Source of the DNA: Hyaloraphidium curvatum SAG 235-1
Taxonomy: Eukaryota > Fungi > Monoblepharomycota
Length of the DNA: 64,000 nucleotides
NCBI GenBank assembly: GCA_025558095.1
Contig: JAIVFI010000021.1
Coordinates: 642,499-706,498 of the forward strand
Direction: 5' to 3'
The notes below the pieces were generated by a model, which was given only the letters and a program-made list of their open reading frames with translations, was not told the DNA's origin and did not search any database. A program made the position numbers and the translations under genes. Positions 26,179 to 37,800 of the stretch are shown piece by piece (position 1 is the stretch's first letter; each line of letters opens with the position of its first letter).

Positions 26179-27826
26179 GGAAGCACGGGTACATGGCATT
26201 CAGCAAACGCGGGTGGACTCGAGGGCATGGTGCCCCTTGATGATCGGAGCTTATTGAGTCACGGTATCTCGGTCCAATTGTTGATTGTTCATTAATGATG
26301 TAGACGCGAAGATTGATTGATATGATTAATCGATTCGTCGATTCGTCATCTAGTCCTCGATCCGTCATCCAAGGGGTGTTGCTTTCTCCGAGGGGCGGAG
26401 GTCCCCGGGAATTTGCATTTCCAGCTATGTCCCGAGCGTTGGCAACTTTGATTTATCGGCATAGCGCGTGGGTGGGTTTAGGCGAGTTGCGGTTGACCGT
26501 CAAAAATGATGGCGATGCTTAGTAGTGAGCGTATGGACCCAAAGCTTGCCCGCCCGCGGCACCTGAAACCGAATCCACAACGCCATTCGCAATCAATCCT
26601 GCGAATGCTGCACCGAATGCGGGCGGCAGACCCCATTGTGCCCGAGCTTCGGCGCCACTGGTTGAGCGGCAGCTTCATTGAGTTTCCATCCTTTCGAAAC
26701 TGACGTCAGGCCAGCGCGCCCAGTGACGCCGACATCGCCGAACCGACGCCCGCTCGCGGGCAACTTCAAACGAAAGGTTGCTTGGATTGAAAGAAGGCGT
26801 CCACGGATAAAAAGGATGGGAAACCGCGTCCGGCAGCCCAGTCGCCAGGTGCTCGGTCGGCTTGCTTGCCCACGCTGGTGTGACGAGGCCAGATGCATCC
26901 GCCGCAGTAGCAAATCGCGACGAAGATCGCCAAAAAAGTTGGCAACTCGGCTTTCACGGCATCCTCGACCGGTTCAGCGTGCCCAATAGTACCGGGGATC
27001 CCTCCTCGTCCGGTCCAGCACGCAGTCTTTCAAAAGCCGACACGCCGTCCAGAGGCAGTCCATAGACCACCAAACAAGCTCGTCCCGTCAGAACGCCCAG
27101 TCTCCTCAATTGAGTGCGGTGCGGTGCGGTCACGTTCATGGTGCCAACGGGTGCGTTGCAGCGCGCTCCCCGGCCACGGAAGAGCTTCTAGCGCTCCAAC
27201 CATCGGTCCAGCAACTCTCACGTACTCTATGGCGCGGTCTCCGGCGAGATTCGGCGGCCAGAGGCGGTGTCACCTCGAGGCGATGGGCTGCAAAAAATAA
27301 GGAGGCAGGACGCATCGGCGCCGGCGTCGGAACCCGCGCACCCGCCGCCCGCCGCCCGCGCCCGCCGCGCCCGCGCCCGCGCCGGCACGAGCGCCCCCTT
27401 TCCCGGTCTGGTTGCCGAGGCCGGGCCGCGCCATCGTCCGGGGACCGGGGTCGGTCGAGTCACCGACAACAAGCGAACAAAGGACGCCTCCCAAACATCG
27501 AACCGGCGCTCATCAGTACATCAGTACATCTCTTGCAGAGAATGAACATGATTAGCTGCGAAAGGATGCGGCCGGCGGGCCACCCACGAGGCTCGTCGTG
27601 CTCGCTCAGCCGGCTGAGGTGCAGATCGGTCACACCCACCTTGACGGCTCTCGCCCCATAATAGTGAAGCGAAGTTGCCATCAAAACTCCACAGATCTTG
27701 ATTCCATGGTTCGAAGACTAGAGGGAAAGCGGCGGAGAAGGGAATTTGAACATGGAAAACGCGACGAATCGAGCGACCGGACGTGGGAGCTCTCTGTAGG
27801 ACCTTCCACCGGGATTATGAATGTCA

Positions 27827-27932
27827 GGGGAAGTCGGATAGCGGCCAATTCCGCCAGTTTAAGGATTCCCTCCTTCAGGGAAGTCGTCCACTGGTCCCGA
27901 AAGGGGCGTGGGTTCGAATCCCACCTTCCTCA
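27827..27932 (+). tRNA. tRNA-Leu(AAG) with a 24-nt canonical-position intron (27865-27888)
   Basis: Acceptor GGGGAAG/CTTCCTC+A; D-stem GGA/TCC; anticodon stem CCAGT/ACTGG with AAG at 27861-27863; variable arm CCC-GAAA-GGG; T-arm GTGGG-TTCGAAT-CCCAC; TTTT about 18 nt downstream. Confidence 0.93.
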
Positions 27933-28499
27933 ACTAGTGCATTCCACTCTTTTGTCCCTCTGAATGCTATTCTGTTCCACTCCAAGGGCACTGCACATCC
28001 GTTCCCTGCAGCAATAAGCTTTTCTGTTGCTGCCCAGCCGTGCCGCCAGCCCAACAGACAGGGATGGAACGGTATTTGCGTCACCAATACATCTGATTCC
28101 TGATGCTGACCATCTATGGGATCTGGAGCCTCAAGGAGCGTGGGATACGAATCCCACCTTCCTCGCGCGGGATACGAATCCCACCTTCCTCAACTAGTGC
28201 ATTCCACTCTTTTGTCCCTCTGAATGCTATTCTGTTCCACTCCAAGGGCACTGCACATCCGTTCCCTGCAGCAATAAGCTTTTCTGTTGCTGCCCAGCCG
28301 TGCCGCCAGCCCAACAGACAGGGATGGAACGGTATTTGCGTCACCAATACATCTGATTCCTGATGCTGACCATCTATGGGATCTGGAGCCTCAAGGAGCG
28401 TGGGATACGAATCCCACCTTCCTCGCGCGGGATACGAATCCCACCTTCCTCAACTAGTGCATTCCACTCTTTTGTCCCTCTGAATGCTATTCTGTTCCA

Positions 28500-31400
28500 T
28501 TCCAAGCGCACTGCACCATCCGTTCGGCAGCAAGCTTTTCAGGGTGCCCGGCCGTCGCATGAGCTGAACTCCATCACGGGCTTCCTTTCAAAGTCCACAA
28601 AGGACATGGAAGTCCGGGGAATTGAAAGTGATGCACAACAAGTAAGGACAAGCTTTTGTAAGTGGCAGCACAGTAGAGGTGCCACAGCAATCGCAACGGC
28701 ACGGTACGGTGTGCTAGGGTCTGTCTGTGCTGCTCACCAGTTGTGCTGTTGGACTGTGTCGTGCTCCATTGCCTTCCTAAGCAAGCTGCTCATGCTGACC
28801 ATCTCTGGATCCTCAAGGAGCGTGGGTTCCGAATCCCACCTTCCTCAACTAGTGCATTCCACTCTTTTGTCCCTCTGAATGCTATTCTGTTCCATTCCAA
28901 GCGCACTGCACCATCCGTTCGGCAGCAAGCTTTTCAGGGTGCCCGGCCGTCGCATGAGCTGAACTCCATCACGGGCTTCCTTTCAAAGTCCACAAAGGAC
29001 ATGGAAGTCCGGGGAATTGAAAGTGATGCACAACAAGTAAGGACAAGCTTTTGTAAGTGGCAGCACAGTAGAGGTGCCACAGCAATCGCAACGGCACGGT
29101 ACGGTGTGCTAGGGTCTGTCTGTGCTGCTCACCAGTTGTGCTGTTGGACTGTGTCGTGCTCCATTGCCTTCCTAAGCAAGCTGCTCATGCTGACCATCTC
29201 TGGATCCTCAAGGAGCGTGGGTTCCGAATCCCACCTTCCTCAACTAGTGCATTCCACTCTTTTGTCCCTCTGAATGCTATTCTGTTCCATTCCAAGCGCA
29301 CTGCACCATCCGTTCGGCAGCAAGCTTTTCAGGGTGCCCGGCCGTCGCATGAGCTGAACTCCATCACGGGCTTCCTTTCAAAGTCCACAAAGGACATGGA
29401 AGTCCGGGGAATTGAAAGTGATGCACAACAAGTAAGGACAAGCTTTTGTAAGTGGCAGCACAGTAGAGGTGCCACAGCAATCGCAACGGCACGGTACGGT
29501 GTGCTAGGGTCTGTCTGTGCTGCTCACCAGTTGTGCTGTTGGACTGTGTCGTGCTCCATTGCCTTCCTAAGCAAGCTGCTCATGCTGACCATCTCTGGAT
29601 CCTCAAGGAGCGTGGGTTCCGAATCCCACCTTCCTCAACTAGTGCATTCCACTCTTTTGTCCCTCTGAATGCTATTCTGTTCCATTCCAAGCGCACTGCA
29701 CCATCCGTTCGGCAGCAAGCTTTTCAGGGTGCCCGGCCGTCGCATGAGCTGAACTCCATCACGGGCTTCCTTTCAAAGTCCACAAAGGACATGGAAGTCC
29801 GGGGAATTGAAAGTGATGCACAACAAGTAAGGACAAGCTTTTGTAAGTGGCAGCACAGTAGAGGTGCCACAGCAATCGCAACGGCACGGTACGGTGTGCT
29901 AGGGTCTGTCTGTGCTGCTCACCAGTTGTGCTGTTGGACTGTGTCGTGCTCCATTGCCTTCCTAAGCAAGCTGCTCATGCTGACCATCTCTGGATCCTCA
30001 AGGAGCGTGGGTTCCGAATCCCACCTTCCTCAACTAGTGCATTCCACTCTTTTGTCCCTCTGAATGCTATTCTGTTCCATTCCAAGCGCACTGCACCATC
30101 CGTTCGGCAGCAAGCTTTTCAGGGTGCCCGGCCGTCGCATGAGCTGAACTCCATCACGGGCTTCCTTTCAAAGTCCACAAAGGACATGGAAGTCCGGGGA
30201 ATTGAAAGTGATGCACAACAAGTAAGGACAAGCTTTTGTAAGTGGCAGCACAGTAGAGGTGCCACAGCAATCGCAACGGCACGGTACGGTGTGCTAGGGT
30301 CTGTCTGTGCTGCTCACCAGTTGTGCTGTTGGACTGTGTCGTGCTCCATTGCCTTCCTAAGCAAGCTGCTCATGCTGACCATCTCTGGATCCTCAAGGAG
30401 CGTGGGTTCCGAATCCCACCTTCCTCAACTAGTGCATTCCACTCTTTTGTCCCTCTGAATGCTATTCTGTTCCATTCCAAGCGCACTGCACCATCCGTTC
30501 GGCAGCAAGCTTTTCAGGGTGCCCGGCCGTCGCATGAGCTGAACTCCATCACGGGCTTCCTTTCAAAGTCCACAAAGGACATGGAAGTCCGGGGAATTGA
30601 AAGTGATGCACAACAAGTAAGGACAAGCTTTTGTAAGTGGCAGCACAGTAGAGGTGCCACAGCAATCGCAACGGCACGGTACGGTGTGCTAGGGTCTGTC
30701 TGTGCTGCTCACCAGTTGTGCTGTTGGACTGTGTCGTGCTCCATTGCCTTCCTAAGCAAGCTGCTCATGCTGACCATCTCTGGATCCTCAAGGAGCGTGG
30801 GTTCCGAATCCCACCTTCCTCAACTAGTGCATTCCACTCTTTTGTCCCTCTGAATGCTATTCTGTTCCATTCCAAGCGCACTGCACCATCCGTTCGGCAG
30901 CAAGCTTTTCAGGGTGCCCGGCCGTCGCATGAGCTGAACTCCATCACGGGCTTCCTTTCAAAGTCCACAAAGGACATGGAAGTCCGGGGAATTGAAAGTG
31001 ATGCACAACAAGTAAGGACAAGCTTTTGTAAGTGGCAGCACAGTAGAGGTGCCACAGCAATCGCAACGGCACGGTACGGTGTGCTAGGGTCTGTCTGTGC
31101 TGCTCACCAGTTGTGCTGTTGGACTGTGTCGTGCTCCATTGCCTTCCTAAGCAAGCTGCTCATGCTGACCATCTCTGGATCCTCAAGGAGCGTGGGTTCC
31201 GAATCCCACCTTCCTCAACTAGTGCATTCCACTCTTTTGTCCCTCTGAATGCTATTCTGTTCCATTCCAAGCGCACTGCACCATCCGTTCGGCAGCAAGC
31301 TTTTCAGGGTGCCCGGCCGTCGCATGAGCTGAACTCCATCACGGGCTTCCTTTCAAAGTCCACAAAGGACATGGAAGTCCGGGGAATTGAAAGTGATGCA

Positions 31401-31600
31401 CAACAAGTAAGGACAAGCTTTTGTAAGTGGCAGCACAGTAGAGGTGCCACAGCAATCGCAACGGCACGGTACGGTGTGCTAGGGTCTGTCTGTGCTGCTC
31501 ACCAGTTGTGCTGTTGGACTGTGTCGTGCTCCATGCACCCTTACATGGGTAGAGCTGCGGTGCATGGCTTCAGAATGCCTTCCTAAGCAAGCTGCTCATG
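28500..31600 (+). repeat. 395-bp monomer sub-array (8 copies; the last has an extra 41 nt)
   Basis: Identical ORFs every 395 bp from 28743 to 31113; the last copy has an insertion near 31535-31575. Confidence 0.95.
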
Positions 31601-31823
31601 CTGACCATCTCTGGATCCTCAAAGAGCGTGGGTTCCGAACCCCACCTTCCTCAACTAGTGCATTCCACTCTTTTGTCCCTCTGAATGCTATTCTGTTCCA
31701 CTCCAAGGGCACTGCACATCCGTTCCCTGCAGCAATAAGCTTTTCTGTTGCTGCCCAGCCGTGCCGCCAGCCCAACAGACAGGGATGGAACGGTATTTGC
31801 GTCACCAATACATCTGATTCCTG

Positions 31824-34800
31824 ATGCTGACCATCTATGGGATCTGGAGCCTCAACGAGCATGGGATACGAATCCCACCTTCCTCGCGCGGGATACGAAT
31901 CCCACCTTCCTCAACTAGTGCATTCCACTCTTTTGTCCCTCTGAATGCTATTCTGTTCCACTCCAAGCGCACTGCACATCCGTTCCCTGCAGCAATAAGC
32001 TTTTCTGTTGCTGCCCAGCCGTGCCGCCAGCCCAACAGACAGCAATGGAACGGCATTTGCGTCACCAATACATCTGATTCCTGATGCTGACCATCTATGG
32101 GATCTGGAGCCTCAAGGAGCGTGGGATACGAATCCCACCTTCCTCAACTAGTGCATTCCACTCTTTTGTCCCTCTGAATGCTGTTCTGTTCCACTCCAAG
32201 GGCACTGCACATCCGTTCCCTGCAGCAATAAGCTTTTCTGTTGCTGCCCAGCCGTGCCGCCAGCCCAACAGACAGGGATGGAACGGTATTTGCGTCACCA
32301 ATACATCTGATTCCTGATGCTGACCATCTATGGGATCTGGAGCCTCAACGAGCATGGGATACGAATCCCACCTTCCTCGCGCGGGATACGAATCCCACCT
32401 TCCTCAACTAGTGCATTCCACTCTTTTGTCCCTCTGAATGCTATTCTGTTCCACTCCAAGGGCACTGCACATCCGTTCCCTGCAGCAATAAGCTTTTCTG
32501 TTGCTGCCCAGCCGTGCCGCCAGCCCAACAGACAGGGATGGAACGGCATTTGCGTCACCAATACATCTGATTCCTGATGCTGACCATCTATGGGATCTGG
32601 AGCCTCAACGAGCATGGGATACGAATCCCACCTTCCTCGCGCGGGATACGAATCCTACCTTCCTCAACTAGTGCATTCCACTCTTTTGTCCCTCTGAATG
32701 CTATTCTGTTCCACTCCAAGGGCACTGCACATCCGTTCCCTGCAGCAATAAGCTTTTCTGTTGCTGCCCAGCCGTGCCGCCAGCCCAACAGACAGGGATG
32801 GAACGGTATTTGCGTCACCAATACATCTGATTCCTGATGCTGACCATCTATGGGATCTGGAGCCTCAAGGAGCGTGGGATACGAATCCCACCTTCCTCAT
32901 GCTGGATGCCCTCTGCTCTTTTGCCCCTCTGAATGCTATTCTGTTCCACTCCAAGGGCACTGCACATCCGTTCCCTGCAGCAATAAGCTTTTCTGTTGCT
33001 GCCCAGCCGTGCCGCCAGCCCAACAGACAGGGATGGAACGGCATTTGCGTCACCAATACATCTGATTCCTGATGCTGACCATCTATGGGATCTGGAGCCT
33101 CAAGGAGCGTGGGATACGAATCCCACCTTCCTCATGCTGGATGCCCTCTGCTCTTTTGCCCCTCTGAATGCTATTCTGTTCCACTCCAAGGGCACTGCAC
33201 ATCCGTTCCCTGCAGCAATAAGCTTTTCTGTTGCTGCCCAGCCGTGCCGCCAGCCCAACAGACAGGGATGGAACGGCATTTGCGTCACCAATACATCTGA
33301 TTCCTGATGCTGACCATCTATGGGATCTGGAGCCTCAAGGAGCGTGGGATACGAATCCCACCTTCCTCATGCTGGATGCCCTCTGCTCTTTTGCCCCTCT
33401 GAATGCTATTCTGTTCCACTCCAAGGGCACTGCACATCCGTTCCCTGCAGCAATAAGCTTTTCTGTTGCTGCCCAGCCGTGCCGCCAGCCCAACAGACAG
33501 GGATGGAACGGTATTTGCGTCACCAATACATCTGATTCCTGATGCTGACCATCTATGGGATCTGGAGCCTCAACGAGCATGGGATACGAATCCCACCTTC
33601 CTCATGCTGGATGCCCTCTGCTCTTTTGCCCCTCTGAATGCTATTCTGTTCCACTCCAAGGGCACTGCACATCCGTTCCCTGCAGCAATAAGCTTTTCTG
33701 TTGCTGCCCAGCCGTGCCGCCAGCCCAACAGACAGGGATGGAACGGCATTTGCGTCACCAATACATCTGATTCCTGATGCTGACCATCTATGGGATCTGG
33801 AGCCTCAAGGAGCGTGGGATACGAATCCCACCTTCCTCGCGCGGGATACGAATCCCACCTTCCTCAACTAGTGCATTCCACTCTTTTGTCCCTCTGAATG
33901 CTATTCTGTTCCACTCCAAGGGCACTGCACATCCGTTCCCTGCAGCAATAAGCTTTTCTGTTGCTGCCCAGCCGTGCCGCCAGCCCAACAGACAGGGATG
34001 GAACGGTATTTGCGTCACCAATACATCTGATTCCTGATGCTGACCATCTATGGGATCTGGAGCCTCAAGGAGCGTGGGATACGAATCCCACCTTCCTCAT
34101 GCTGGATGCCCTCTGCTCTTTTGCCCCTCTGAATGCTATTCTGTTCCACTCCAAGGGCACTGCACATCCGTTCCCTGCAGCAATAAGCTTTTCTGTTGCT
34201 GCCCAGCCGTGCCGCCAGCCCAACAGACAGGGATGGAACGGTATTTGCGTCACCAATACATCTGATTCCTGATGCTGACCATCTATGGGATCTGGAGCCT
34301 CAACGAGCATGGGATACGAATCCCACCTTCCTCGCGCGGGATACGAATCCCACCTTCCTCAACTAGTGCATTCCACTCTTTTGTCCCTCTGAATGCTATT
34401 CTGTTCCACTCCAAGGGCACTGCACATCCGTTCCCTGCAGCAATAAGCTTTTCTGTTGCTGCCCAGCCGTGCCGCCAGCCCAACAGACAGGGATGGAACG
34501 GCATTTGCGTCACCAATACATCTGATTCCTGATGCTGACCATCTATGGGATCTGGAGCCTCAAGGAGCGTGGGATACGAATCCCACCTTCCTCGCGCGGG
34601 ATACGAATCCCACCTTCCTCAACTAGTGCATTCCACTCTTTTGTCCCTCTGAATGCTATTCTGTTCCACTCCAAGGGCACTGCACATCCGTTCCCTGCAG
34701 CAATAAGCTTTTCTGTTGCTGCCCAGCCGTGCCGCCAGCCCAACAGACAGGGATGGAACGGTATTTGCGTCACCAATACATCTGATTCCTGATGCTGACC

Positions 34801-37800
34801 ATCTATGGGATCTGGAGCCTCAAGGAGCGTGGGATACGAATCCCACCTTCCTCATGCTGGATGCCCTCTGCTCTTTTGCCCCTCTGAATGCTATTCTGTT
34901 CCACTCCAAGGGCACTGCACATCCGTTCCCTGCAGCAATAAGCTTTTCTGTTGCTGCCCAGCCGTGCCGCCAGCCCAACAGACAGGGATGGAACGGTATT
35001 TGCGTCACCAATACATCTGATTCCTGATGCTGACCATCTATGGGATCTGGAGCCTCAACGAGCATGGGATACGAATCCCACCTTCCTCGCGCGGGATACG
35101 AATCCCACCTTCCTCAACTAGTGCATTCCACTCTTTTGTCCCTCTGAATGCTATTCTGTTCCACTCCAAGGGCACTGCACATCCGTTCCCTGCAGCAATA
35201 AGCTTTTCTGTTGCTGCCCAGCCGTGCCGCCAGCCCAACAGACAGGGATGGAACGGCATTTGCGTCACCAATACATCTGATTCCTGATGCTGACCATCTA
35301 TGGGATCTGGAGCCTCAAGGAGCGTGGGATACGAATCCCACCTTCCTCGCGCGGGATACGAATCCCACCTTCCTCAACTAGTGCATTCCACTCTTTTGTC
35401 CCTCTGAATGCTATTCTGTTCCACTCCAAGGGCACTGCACATCCGTTCCCTGCAGCAATAAGCTTTTCTGTTGCTGCCCAGCCGTGCCGCCAGCCCAACA
35501 GACAGGGATGGAACGGTATTTGCGTCACCAATACATCTGATTCCTGATGCTGACCATCTATGGGATCTGGAGCCTCAAGGAGCGTGGGATACGAATCCCA
35601 CCTTCCTCATGCTGGATGCCCTCTGCTCTTTTGCCCCTCTGAATGCTATTCTGTTCCACTCCAAGGGCACTGCACATCCGTTCCCTGCAGCAATAAGCTT
35701 TTCTGTTGCTGCCCAGCCGTGCCGCCAGCCCAACAGACAGGGATGGAACGGTATTTGCGTCACCAATACATCTGATTCCTGATGCTGACCATCTATGGGA
35801 TCTGGAGCCTCAAGGAGCGTGGGATACGAATCCCACCTTCCTCATGCTGGATGCCCTCTGCTCTTTTGCCCCTCTGAATGCTATTCTGTTCCACTCCAAG
35901 GGCACTGCACATCCGTTCCCTGCAGCAATAAGCTTTTCTGTTGCTGCCCAGCCGTGCCGCCAGCCCAACAGACAGGGATGGAACGGCATTTGCGTCACCA
36001 ATACATCTGATTCCTGATGCTGACCATCTATGGGATCTGGAGCCTCAACGAGCATGGGATACGAATCCCACCTTCCTCGCGCGGGATACGAATCCCACCT
36101 TCCTCAACTAGTGCATTCCACTCTTTTGTCCCTCTGAATGCTATTCTGTTCCACTCCAAGGGCACTGCACATCCGTTCCCTGCAGCAATAAGCTTTTCTG
36201 TTGCTGCCCAGCCGTGCCGCCAGCCCAACAGACAGGGATGGAACGGTATTTGCGTCACCAATACATCTGATTCCTGATGCTGACCATCTATGGGATCTGG
36301 AGCCTCAACGAGCATGGGATACGAATCCCACCTTCCTCGCGCGGGATACGAATCCCACCTTCCTCAACTAGTGCATTCCACTCTTTTGTCCCTCTGAATG
36401 CTATTCTGTTCCACTCCAAGGGCACTGCACATCCGTTCCCTGCAGCAATAAGCTTTTCTGTTGCTGCCCAGCCGTGCCGCCAGCCCAACAGACAGGGATG
36501 GAACGGTATTTGCGTCACCAATACATCTGATTCCTGATGCTGACCATCTATGGGATCTGGAGCCTCAACGAGCATGGGATACGAATCCCACCTTCCTCGC
36601 GCGGGATACGAATCCCACCTTCCTCAACTAGTGCATTCCACTCTTTTGTCCCTCTGAATGCTATTCTGTTCCACTCCAAGGGCACTGCACATCCGTTCCC
36701 TGCAGCAATAAGCTTTTCTGTTGCTGCCCAGCCGTGCCGCCAGCCCAACAGACAGCAATGGAACGGCATTTGCGTCACCAATACATCTGATTCCTGATGC
36801 TGACCATCTATGGGATCTGGAGCCTCAACGAGCATGGGATACGAATCCCACCTTCCTCGCGCGGGATACGAATCCCACCTTCCTCAACTAGTGCATTCCA
36901 CTCTTTTGTCCCTCTGAATGCTATTCTGTTCCACTCCAAGGGCACTGCACATCCGTTCCCTGCAGCAATAAGCTTTTCTGTTGCTGCCCAGCCGTGCCGC
37001 CAGCCCAACAGACAGGGATGGAACGGTATTTGCGTCACCAATACATCTGATTCCTGATGCTGACCATCTATGGGATCTGGAGCCTCAAGGAGCGTGGGAT
37101 ACGAATCCCACCTTCCTCATGCTGGATGCCCTCTGCTCTTTTGCCCCTCTGAATGCTATTCTGTTCCACTCCAAGGGCACTGCACATCCGTTCCCTGCAG
37201 CAATAAGCTTTTCTGTTGCTGCCCAGCCGTGCCGCCAGCCCAACAGACAGGGATGGAACGGCATTTGCGTCACCAATACATCTGATTCCTGATGCTGACC
37301 ATCTATGGGATCTGGAGCCTCAAGGAGCGTGGGATACGAATCCCACCTTCCTCATGCTGGATGCCCTCTGCTCTTTTGCCCCTCTGAATGCTATTCTGTT
37401 CCACTCCAAGGGCACTGCACATCCGTTCCCTGCAGCAATAAGCTTTTCTGTTGCTGCCCAGCCGTGCCGCCAGCCCAACAGACAGGGATGGAACGGCATT
37501 TGCGTCACCAATACATCTGATTCCTGATGCTGACCATCTATGGGATCTGGAGCCTCAAGGAGCGTGGGATACGAATCCCACCTTCCTCATGCTGGATGCC
37601 CTCTGCTCTTTTGCCCCTCTGAATGCTATTCTGTTCCACTCCAAGGGCACTGCACATCCGTTCCCTGCAGCAATAAGCTTTTCTGTTGCTGCCCAGCCGT
37701 GCCGCCAGCCCAACAGACAGGGATGGAACGGTATTTGCGTCACCAATACATCTGATTCCTGATGCTGACCATCTATGGGATCTGGAGCCTCAAGGAGCGT

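Noticed and set aside
26300-27800. Possible transposase/recombinase or other gene
   Set aside because: Only short GC-rich ORFs with no DDE, tyrosine-recombinase or HUH motifs.
28167-28198. Helitron 3' end mimic (hairpin, 9 nt, CTAG|T)
   Set aside because: The same CTAGT follows the intact tRNA gene as native trailer, so it is not an insertion junction; no Rep/helicase present.
22747-28847. Trans-spliced split tRNA (5' half at 22747 plus satellite 3' halves)
   Set aside because: The 3' halves have a damaged T-loop, their TCTGG mismatches CCAGT, and I saw no complementary leader/trailer to guide joining.
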